From Vicinamibacterales bacterium (lineage in GTDB: Bacteria > Acidobacteriota > Vicinamibacteria > Vicinamibacterales > JAMQPK01), in the NCBI GenBank assembly GCA_963832375.1, contig CAWHUA010000007.1, positions 37,069-101,068 of the forward strand: 64,000 nucleotides of DNA. Reading direction: 5' to 3'. The stretch's first letter is position 1. Each line of letters begins with the position of its first letter. Made by a program: the position numbers and the translations under genes. Below are positions 18,724 through 27,063 of the stretch, in pieces. The notes under the pieces are model-generated. The model was not told where the DNA came from, searched no databases, and saw nothing but the letters and a program-made list of their open reading frames with translations.

Positions 18724-19560
18724 CTACGCGGCAGTATCGGCCGGCGGGCCTACGGGCACACCGCTGACGGCATAGGCGGGCATCGGCGCCGGGTAGCCGG
18801 CCTCGCCAAACGCTTCGCGCAGGATGCGATTGGTGTCGAAGTAGACCTGCCAGTAGTGCTGGTTATTGCAGTACGGCCGGACGCAGAGCAGCGGCCCGGC
18901 CGGTGTGAACTGCAGGACGTCCACGTCGGGCGCCGGCGACGCCAGCACGTTCGGGATCGTCGCGACCCGCTGCTTGATCATACCGATGGCGTGGCGGTGA
19001 TCGACCGAGTGGCTGATCAACGCCGTCAGATCCACGCGTCGATACGGATTTGCCGAAAAGTTCTGGATGTTATCCGAGAAGATCTTGGCGTTGCCGACGA
19101 TGGTATGGACGTTGTCCGGTGTATTGATGACCGTTGCGAACAGGCCGATCGCCTGCACCGTGCCGGTGACGCCTCCGGCGGTCACGAAGTCTCCTACCTT
19201 GAACGGCCGGAGGAAGACGAGGAAGGCGCCCGCTGCGAAGTTGGAGAGCAGCCCGCCCCACGCCACGCCAATGGCCACGCCACCGGCCGCAATCAGCGCG
19301 GCAAACGTGGTGGTTTCCACGCCGAAGTAGCCGAGAATGGCGACGATCAACGCCACGTTCAGCACCAGCCCCAGCGCGGTTTCCATGTAGCGCGTGAGCG
19401 TGACGTCCAGCTGCTGCGCCGCCATCGTCCGGGTGAACAGCCTCAGCGCCAGCGAAATCAGCCAGCGACCGACGAGCCAGAGCGCGAGGGCTCCGGCGAC
19501 CTTCCACGCGGCCGCGACGAGCACCACGCTCGCGCTTTGAACAAGCGCATTGACATTCAT
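18724..19560 (-). CDS. Mechanosensitive ion channel (MscS family)
   Basis: The start is placed at ATG 19560, preceded by GGAGGA. It has the MscS core (FLRPFKVGDFVTAGGVTGTVQAIGLFATVINTPDN). Confidence 0.8.
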   Translation of the reverse strand: MNVNALVQSASVVLVAAAWKVAGALALWLVGRWLISLALRLFTRTMAAQQLDVTLTRYMETALGLVLNVALIVAILGYFGVETTTFAALIAAGGVAIGVAWGGLLSNFAAGAFLVFLRPFKVGDFVTAGGVTGTVQAIGLFATVINTPDNVHTIVGNAKIFSDNIQNFSANPYRRVDLTALISHSVDHRHAIGMIKQRVATIPNVLASPAPDVDVLQFTPAGPLLCVRPYCNNQHYWQVYFDTNRILREAFGEAGYPAPMPAYAVSGVPVGPPADTAA

Positions 19561-19817
19561 GACAGTCCTCCGTAGCTGACGATCCCGTTTCAACCGCCTT
19601 CAGGGTGCTGAACGACGGTGCCCGGCCGCACGGGCATTGACGACGTGCGGTGACGCTCACAACCGGTCGTGAGTGCCTGGAGACGCATTCGTCCCCGAAT
19701 CGCACAATCCTGCGGGAAAATGCGGGTCAACGCCCGCCGTCGGTCGCGCGATGCACGAGATGTACCCGCGTCCGGTGATCTGCGATACTATTAAAAGTTC
19801 AGAACTCTCCCCGACGT

Positions 19818-19893
19818 GGGCCAGTAGCGCAGTTGGGAGCGCGCATGAATGGCATTCATGAGGTCACCGGTTCGATCCCGGTCTGGTCCACCA
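19818..19893 (+). tRNA. tRNA-Ala (anticodon GGC), CCA encoded
   Basis: Hand-folded cloverleaf. Acceptor is GGGCCAG/CTGGTCC (one G-U pair), D arm GCGC..GCGC, anticodon stem CATGA/TCATG with loop ATGGCAT, and T arm ACCGG TTCGATC CCGGT. Confidence 0.9.
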
Positions 19894-21426
19894 ACCTTTC
19901 ATTTCCATCCTCGATCGTCCGCAAGTAGCTGAAGGCCGGTGCGGTTACGCGGGTTCCAACAAAGCCTTTTCCGTCGAACGCTATTCCGTCCGGAAAGAAG
20001 AGTTGTTGGAACCGCTGACGCTGTTCGAGTGACGCCTGCACCCAGAGGTCGCTGGCGCGCGGCAGAACGCGTTCTGCGAACGCCAGGATGCCCTCTACGT
20101 CGAGTTCATCGAGCTGGCCGGAGTGACGGTCGATCCGGGCGAGCGTGAGTTCCTCGCGTAGTTTTTCGGCGTGACGGTCGTAGGTCTCGATGTCGATCGA
20201 GCGCTCGAAGAGGAACGCCTCGTCCAGACGGTCCAGTTTGTCTTGAATGGCCTTCGCGGCTCGCTCGGCGTTCGCGATCTCCTCACGCACGGCTGCTTTC
20301 CGTGCCTTCCAGATCCGCAGCACGGATTCCTTCAGTAGGCGCATGTAGCCTGGCGTCGGCTGCAGCAGGGCGAGTTCGTCTGCGAACAGTCCTTCGAGCT
20401 TTGCCTTGGTCACGTTCACGGCCTGGCAACCAGGGCGGCAGTGGTAGTAGGCGTAGTACTCGCTGCGGCCCTTGGACCAGCTGCCGGTGAGGCCTCGACC
20501 ACAGGACTCGCAGCGCACGAAGGCGCGCAGTGGGAAGTCCGGGTGCGCCCGCTGCTGTGGCGTCGTGCTGGGCAGACGGCCGGACAGCACCGCCTGCACG
20601 CGGTAGAACAAGTCCTCTGAAATCAGTGGCTCGAAATCACCACGCTTCGCGCGGACGCCGTACTCGGGTACGTTCACGATGCCGGCGTAAAGCCGATTTC
20701 TCAGCAGCGTCCCAATCGCTTGGGACGTCAGCGGACGATTGCGGCGGTTCGTCAGGCCCCAGGCACGGGCCTGCTCGAGCACCTGCTGCTTGGTGAAACG
20801 CCCTGTTGCGTACTCCTCGAATACGCGGCGCACAATGGGCGCGCGTTCCGGGTCGAGCATCAGGCTCTTGCCAATCGCTCGCGGTGCATTCAGATAGCCG
20901 AGAGGCGCTAGGAACACCCACCGCCGAGCTCCAGCGCGGCCTTCATGCCGGCGCGGGTCCGGTCTGAGCGACAGTCGTTGTCGAACTGCGCGAACGCAGC
21001 GAGGACGCCTTCCATCAACTTGCTGGTGGAGGTGTCGTCGATCGGCTCCGTTGCCGACCGCAGCGAGATGCCCAGCGACTGCAGGTGAGAGCGGAGCGCG
21101 AAGTGGTCGTACTTGTCCCGCGCGAAGCGCGTCAGGTTGAACACGACGACGAAGTGCACGCGGCCCTTATTCAGGCGGCAGAAGGTGAGCAGGTTCTGAA
21201 GCTGGCTGCGATCCGTCGTCTTGGCGCTCTCGCCTTCCTCGTGGAAGCGATCGAGCACTTCGTACCCCTGGCGGCGGCAGTACTCCTCGCAGGCGCGCAA
21301 TTGCGTCGGCAGACTCAGATTCTCGGTCTGCTCCTTCGTGCTGACGCGAACGTAGATCACCGCGCCGACCATGGCTGGCAGCGTAGATCCATTCGCAGGC
21401 TCCGACAAGTGTCGTTTCCGAGGCAC
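19856..21426 (-). CDS. Large serine recombinase (integrase), 1-nt frame break near 20920; the 3' end reads into tRNA-Ala
   Basis: The N-terminal resolvase domain is VIYVRVSTKEQ (catalytic Ser) ...FARD. The recombinase/zinc-ribbon domain lies in the second ORF (RCESCGRG...YYHC) followed by a coiled coil. The junction ELGG/WVFLAPLGY needs one extra nucleotide. The last residues TGIEPVTS are antisense of the tRNA T-arm. Confidence 0.8.
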
Positions 21427-21431
21427 GACTT

Positions 21432-21644
21432 CTACTCAGGAATCCGACAGCCTTCTTGGTAGATCTCGACCACGATGCACGCCATCGTCTCCGCGTGTCG
21501 GCGGATCAACGCGACCTCCTGATCGGTCATCGACTCCGCTTCCTCTCCGAGCAGTTCCCGACAGCGCGCGATCGTGATCGGCTCCGGCCCGTCATCCGTA
21601 CGCTCGATGAACTCCATAGGGCGCTCCCAGCGGACGCAAGTCAT
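21432..21644 (-). CDS. Hypothetical small protein upstream of the recombinase
   Basis: 70-aa ORF (possibly starting at the internal MEFIERT). Its stop is 5 nt before the recombinase start, on the same strand. No family is recognised. Confidence 0.4.
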   Translation of the reverse strand: MTCVRWERPMEFIERTDDGPEPITIARCRELLGEEAESMTDQEVALIRRHAETMACIVVEIYQEGCRIPE

Positions 21645-22231
21645 GACGATTCGTGTTGTGCTGGATTGGGCGCTCCAGCGCGCCGGGTGTGCCGGCGCGC
21701 TGATGCCATTGAGCGCAGGTGCGGGCGTAACGCCGACAGCAATACGCGTGACGTGAGGTCGACGCGCTCATCGCGCGAGTTGATTCGCGCTATCGATCAC
21801 GGTGTTGTAGGGGAAGCTGCAACGTTGCCCTGAGGGCGGCGGCTGAAGCGCTCCGTGTCGGGTGCGACTGCGGAGAGGGTGCGCGATGGCACCGACAAGA
21901 TCTTCACGATACGTCTGCCGGCTGTTCGGGTCAATACTGAAAACGGCAACGAGCTTCCTCGGTCATCACATAAGTGCTACCTTCGAGCTGCGCGCAGGCG
22001 TCGTCAAGGCCGAAGCCCGAAGGGTCGAGCGCAGCGAGAGCCTTGACGAGGCCGAGCACAGCTCGACGCTGATCATGTGATGGCCGACGCACTGTGGTTA
22101 CCGTCGCAGAATGTCTGATGAACCTGCAGCGCGATCCACGCGAGATCCGCAAGGTGAACGCAGTGTCAATGCACGTGCAAACCGCGCGCACGTTGCTCGA
22201 ACATTCGGCGAGTGATCGCGACACCGACACC

Positions 22232-22304
22232 GGGGCGTGAGCAACCCCCCGGTGCCGTCCTCGGGACAGGACCCGTCGTAAAAGCGGGGGGTTGCTCACG
22301 CCCC
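22232..22304. repeat. Perfect 20-bp inverted repeat (stem-loop 1)
   Basis: GGGGCGTGAGCAACCCCCCG ... CGGGGGGTTGCTCACGCCCC with a 33-nt spacer. The spacer itself contains GTCC..GGAC. Confidence 0.8.
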
Positions 22305-22663
22305 CGCTCCATCAGTGACGCTCGCTAAGTGCGTTCCGTGCGCGGCACAGAACGCCGCGCTTGGTGTTCCACTTCTCAGCTTGCAAGTCGTCGGTGTGGA
22401 GAGACTTGCGAAAGGCAGCCATCGCAGACACCGGTTCATCGAGCATCGGTTTCGACTGACAACTTGGCGTTCCCGAACTGCGCCAACCACCGCTCTTTGT
22501 CGCGGCCCCCCTCGCGGCGTCAGCCGTTCCGAGTCGGAGTCTGAAAACCAGGGTGGGAAGACGCTCCGGAAAACGCCCCGGTTCAACTCCGAAATGCCAT
22601 CAGGATCTGACCGTCTTGCGGTGCGGTCTGTGCGCGGCGGCGGAGGCGATGACACCCTGCTAG

Positions 22664-22740
22664 CGTGGCGTGAGCGACCTCGGCTGTAGCCGCGGGCATG
22701 ATCACAGACGCGGTCAAATCTCGAAGTCGCTCACGCCACG
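22664..22740. repeat. Perfect 15-bp inverted repeat (stem-loop 2), related to stem-loop 1
   Basis: CGTGGCGTGAGCGAC ... GTCGCTCACGCCACG with a 47-nt spacer. It shares the GGCGTGAGC motif with stem-loop 1. Confidence 0.8.
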
Positions 22741-23138
22741 GTCACCTCTCTGGCGCGGCGATGACCGTGGCGACGGCGAGCGGTCGGCAACACACGCCGA
22801 CCGCGTGCTCGGGACGAGAAGCCTCCATCGCACATCTGCTTGCAGCGGCCGACAGAAGAACGTGAAGGCCGGTTGGCTCCAATCAGATCGGCGCGGGACA
22901 GCTCGGGAGAGGGGGAACACCCCGCGTTGGGCCCTGTTCCCCTCGACGCATTCCCTCGCGGCGTCAGCCGTTCGCCACGGCTAGCGCAAGCCAGGGGAGA
23001 GAGATGACGGCTGCTCAGCTCGCTTCTCAGGGCCTTGTCTTCCACTCTCAGAACGTTCACCAAGCTCGTCGACCTCCCGGTCTTAGGACAGTCTTAGGAC
23101 GGGTAGCAGGTGCTACGATCGGCCTCGAAGACGCTGCC

Positions 23139-23396
23139 ATGCCGACGTTTCCTGAATGGTGGAGCTGGAACCTTTCGTTCACCAGCCATGCCGAGTTGAG
23201 GATGGAGCAACGTGGTGTGACCGAGGTCGAGGTCCGCGCTATGCTGGAGAAGGCGACTGGGTTCCAGCCCAACGTTGTTGAGGGCAGATTCATGATTCAC
23301 GTCCGCCACCTGCAGAGCCTGTGGATCGTGATCGTCGAGCCAGATGCCGACGCCAAGCTGCTTGTCGTCGTGACCGTCTACGAGGTGTCCGAATGA
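23139..23396 (+). CDS. DUF4258-like protein (putative toxin component)
   Basis: 85 aa from ATG 23139. It has the motif SHAELRMEQRGVTEVEV typical of DUF4258. Its stop overlaps the next start (ATGA). Confidence 0.6.
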   Translation: MPTFPEWWSWNLSFTSHAELRMEQRGVTEVEVRAMLEKATGFQPNVVEGRFMIHVRHLQSLWIVIVEPDADAKLLVVVTVYEVSE

Positions 23397-23665
23397 CCGA
23401 GCGGTCGCTACAAGTCACTTACAGGAAGGGCCGGGCCTTCGCGGCGTATTTGCATCTGTCCCACGCGACGGGTGAGAAGAGCGCGAAGACCGTGGCGTCG
23501 CCCGACGGACTTCTCATCGTCGACTACGGCGCGACTGGTCGCCCTGTCGGAGTCGAGATCACATCGCCCCAGGCTGTCCCGCTTGAGCGGCTGAATCAGC
23601 TGTTGGCCGAACTCGATGAGGCGCCTTTGGCCGAACAAGACTACAAGCCGGTCCTAGCCGCATGA
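23393..23665 (+). CDS. DUF2283-like protein (putative antitoxin component)
   Basis: 90 aa. AAYLHLS...GLLIVDYGATGRPVGVEI is the DUF2283 pattern. It is translationally coupled to the upstream ORF. Confidence 0.55.
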   Translation: MTERSLQVTYRKGRAFAAYLHLSHATGEKSAKTVASPDGLLIVDYGATGRPVGVEITSPQAVPLERLNQLLAELDEAPLAEQDYKPVLAA

Positions 23666-23709
23666 ATTTCTGGCACGGAGTACTTGCCGCAGTCAGGACA
23701 AGGTGAGTC

Positions 23710-24372
23710 ATGGCCACTGATCGTTGCGCAATCGCGGCCTTGGCTGTCAGCATGTTCCTGCTCGGATCGGTAAGGGCGCAGGATCAACTCGTACCGTTTC
23801 GAGATCCAAGCCAGGGACAGTGGGGTTACAAGCGACCAGATGGAAGCATCGCGATTACCCCGCGTTATCTGGGCGCTGGTGTCTTTCGCGAAGGGCAAGC
23901 ACCGGTTAGAGATGGTGACGGGTTTGCGATGATCGATGGCACAGGACGGGTCGTGCAACGGATCGTGGTCGACTCCGTGTCGGCATCCGCGGTGCCTATC
24001 CCGCCTCCCGCCGACGAGTGCGCCTGGTCCGCATCAGCGCCATTCCCAAGTACCGGACTCCAGTGTTATGTCCGCCAATTGCGTGGATCAGCGGCAGTGA
24101 TCGGAGGCGAGATCACTGTCAGGCCGTCCGGTGGGGAGTCGTCGCGCTCCGCGGTGATCCTGAAGTTTCCGAGCGGCGTTGTGGTAGTTGAAGACATCGG
24201 CTACGAAGGTTTCACGAGGCGTGTGCTCCTTCCCGGTGTGAGCCCCAACCAGGCGCACCAGTGGCGACTGAAGCTTTATCCAGATCGAGCGGCAAAGGTT
24301 GGATGCTCGGAATCGTGGAAGGCCGGTGTCGTTCCGGGCGGTGCATTAATCGAGCAAGTTGCTGGGTGCTAG
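23710..24372 (+). CDS. Secreted WG-repeat protein
   Basis: 220 aa with a signal peptide (AIAALAVSMFLLGSVRAQ). It has WG-type repeats (GQWGYKRPDGSIAITPRY, GFAMIDGTGRVV). Confidence 0.6.
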   Translation: MATDRCAIAALAVSMFLLGSVRAQDQLVPFRDPSQGQWGYKRPDGSIAITPRYLGAGVFREGQAPVRDGDGFAMIDGTGRVVQRIVVDSVSASAVPIPPPADECAWSASAPFPSTGLQCYVRQLRGSAAVIGGEITVRPSGGESSRSAVILKFPSGVVVVEDIGYEGFTRRVLLPGVSPNQAHQWRLKLYPDRAAKVGCSESWKAGVVPGGALIEQVAGC

Positions 24373-24378
24373 CTGAGT

Positions 24379-24700
24379 TCACGCCCAACTCTGTCCGACT
24401 TGGAGCGTCTCAACCCGTCTGAGCCATTTGTCGATCAGGTTCCAACTGGCGAAAATCTGGTCCACCAACTCCAAGTCGTTGATTCTACACGACTGAAATC
24501 GCCTACCCACGCCGTAGATCGAACCGCTGTGACCAGGTCGTGAGGCTGCTGAAGTGCGTCAACTGTGCAGCAGTCTTCGAGCCGTTGCGTTCCATACCGA
24601 GTTCGGACTTTTGAGCCCCGGCTGCACGTCTTCGAACGACGCCCTCGGATGCGCGTCGAACAAACCGCCGCCTTCAGCCTCTCGGCCACCTCACCGCGCG
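24379..24700 (-). pseudogene. Serine recombinase 3' relic (several frame breaks)
   Basis: The tail INDLELVDQIFASWNLIDKWLRRVETLQVGQSWA-stop is at 24379-24480. Upstream fragments in other frames (AERLKAA, SQRF) parallel AERAAKA and RQRFQQL of the full-length copy. Confidence 0.55.
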
Positions 24701-24859
24701 CCTGTAAGTATGCGCCGCACCAACACTTGCGGATCTTGCGAATTTTCTTGGCTAAGGCGACTTCTCGATGATGCCGGTTTGAGAGCGCGGTGCTCGCAGA
24801 CAGTCACCCCCCGGAAATATTTTCTATCGTCGACGAGCATCTAGCAGAAGTGCCTTCGC

Positions 24860-26807
24860 TCAGCGGTAGAAAGGTTGCCAGGTGAGCCACCTGGGACCGT
24901 AATGGGGAACCGGAGCCCCCACTTCCAGGGCACCGAAGTCCGGGGCCTTTCCCGTGAAGACTTCGCTCACGGTTGGAATGACGACGCCGGCATCAACGAC
25001 TTTGCTCGTCGGCTTCAGTGTGAAGTTCAGATCCATCGCGTGATAGACGGCGTGACGCTGATCGGGGTTGGGAGGAGCGAGTCTCTCGAAGATGTCGAAA
25101 TCCACTTCCAGGCTGTGCGCCTCCTGGTCAGTGGCCGCCGCGAAATCCGAGAGCGTCTGGAACGTCTGCCAGTCATCGTCCGACGGTTCGTAGCGACGCT
25201 GCCCTTTCTTCGGGCCGAGAAACGCGTACTGATCCTTCACGCCTTTGTTCGGGCGATACCCGTTGTAGTCCGTGCTGAAATCGTCGGTCGCATTCGCGAG
25301 GCGGAGAACGCCGCGGCCGGGCGTGTCGCGGCCGAGGTACAGGTTGTTCCGGAAGTGCATATTGGCTGAAGGATCCCCGACGATGTGCTCTCCGATGATG
25401 GTGTTGTGGTAGACGAACAGCCCGGCTGGTTTCGCGCTGAACTTGAACGCCACTCCGCTCGGGACGTGATAGAGGATGTTGCGAATGAAATAGACGGGGC
25501 CGCCGAACGCGGGCTGTGCGCTATAGCCGCCGTGCGCCGCATTGACGCCGCGGTTGTTGAAGACGCGGACGTTATGGACGGCGCCGTCTGTCTCGACGAA
25601 ATCGTCGCCCATCATATGAATGTCGTTGTTGTAGATGTCGATGGACGAGGCGCGGCGTTCGGGATCCTGTTCGGGCGTGCCGTACGTGGAAATACCGATC
25701 CCATCGTGGAAATAGGCAATCGCATTGTGAGCAATGACGTGGCCGGGCCCGTACACCTTCACCGCGTAGTAGCTCTTGAGTAAATGGGAGCCGTATGGAC
25801 CCGCGCTGGCCCACAGCGGTCCGGTCCAGCCGACGAGACGAAAGCGATCGTCGCGCCCGAGGAACAGGTTGTCGGCGATGTAGAAATCGCTGGAGCCGGC
25901 GTACTCGGTCCACACACCCGCGCCCACATTTTCGAACCGACAATTCTTCACCGCGAGACCGACTGCGCCGAGAACCTCTTTCTGACCGGCGAAAATGGCG
26001 ACGTCGGTGTTGCGGAACGTGAGGCCCTCGAAAATGTGATGGCTCGAGGCCATGACGTCGAACAAACGCGCATTGCCGTCGCCATCGAAGATGACTTCAC
26101 CGTCGCCGCCCCCTTTGATGGTGATGGGCTTCTCTTTGGTGCCCTTGAGCGTCAGCGACATTGAACCGTCGAACGGCGTCATCATCGGATCGACGTAGTT
26201 GAACCGTTCTGGTTTGTAGAGGCCGACGTGGACGACGATGGTGTCGCCGGGTCTGGCGCGGCGCTCCCACACGACGCTCCAATCGCCGAGACCCGCGCCG
26301 TAGTACGCCTGGAGGACGCTGGTGAAGCTGGGCTCGAGTCTCTCGCCCTTGTGGTCTGGCGGGTAGACGTGGAGGATGCGCCCTTCGTTGGACGGCATGG
26401 GTTCGGTACGCGTGGTGACCCTGGCGACGTGGGTCGTCTGACCGGTGGCGCCGTCGGGGTCTGTGAGCTGGAACCGGCACTCGGTACTCGGTTCCGGGTA
26501 AGAGATTCAGGATGGAGCCGGCGAAGCCGTCGGGAACGGTGTAGTCGAGATTCTCGCGGCGGCGGTAGACGTTCTCGCCGCCAATCCGAACCAGCGGGAG
26601 CGCATTGCGCCACGCTGTTTCGCCAACCGCCCGGAATTGCACGCTGACGCTCGCATTGCGGTTGGCGTCGCCGTTGATCGCCCATTCGAACCCGGCGTTC
26701 AGCAGCGTCGGGTGCTCGACATGGAAACGGCCGGCCTCGGTCGAGTTCTGGACCTGAAGAGCGGCGGCCAGAAGCAGCGTCGATGTAAAGAGGCTCATGG
26801 CCGGCAT
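24860..26807 (-). CDS. Secreted FN3-like + right-handed parallel beta-helix protein; 1-nt frame break at 26483
   Basis: It has a signal peptide (MPAMSLFTSTLLLAAALQ) and an N-terminal domain ending LLPGTEY. The next frame continues ECRFQLTDPDG...MPSNEGRILHVY, then beta-helix-like repeats (NNDIH, FNNRGVN, YHNTIIG, FRNNLYLG). There is an RBS before ATG 26807. Confidence 0.65.
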
Positions 26808-26938
26808 CTTACACCTTCCATCGACTGTGCCCTGGCGCGAGGGCTCAGGCGTCCAGAGTTGATCCGCGATGGCCATCGGTTGCTCTCTCAGGGAATCGGA
26901 CATACGCGACAGTCCGCTGTGGGACGCGCCGACAATCG

Positions 26939-26952
26939 GTTGGTGGTCCAGA
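26939..26952. repeat. Inverted near-copy (13/14) of the att core
   Basis: GTTGGTGGTCCAGA compared with the reverse complement of the core, GTTGGTGGACCAGA. It lies in the divergent intergenic region. Confidence 0.3.
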
Positions 26953-27063
26953 TTGGTCCCAGCATGCACCAGGCTTGTGGTATACAGTGTGCCCGGCAAT
27001 GCTAGTGCAGTGGAATTCAAGGGCTGCGCCACGAAAGTGATCGCGCAACAAGGAGTGTCACGT

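Larger units (their letters stand above)
19882..24469. mobile_element. Putative 4.6-kb integrative element (youngest unit) bounded by 14-nt direct repeats TCTGGTCCACCAAC
   Basis: The repeat occurs at 19882-19895 (tRNA 3' end) and 24456-24469. The recombinase sits at the left end. The native recombinase tail (IFASWNLIDKWLRRVETLQ...) sits at the right end. The interior is visibly more A/T-rich than the flanks. Confidence 0.55.

Noticed and set aside
22296-22689. Overlapping ORFs 22296..22655 (-), 22315..22689 (+) and 21931..22299 (-) in the element's non-coding region.
   Set aside because: They overlap one another on opposite strands, have biased low-complexity composition and no recognisable motifs. 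The region is better described by its hairpins and repeats.
24510-24545. tRNA-like string GGTCACAGCGGTTCGATCTACGG on the minus strand, resembling the tRNA-Ala T-arm.
   Set aside because: It does not fold into a T-arm. In frame it reads ..SQRFDL.., which aligns with RQRFQQL of the full-length recombinase. It is therefore recombinase relic sequence, not a tRNA fragment.
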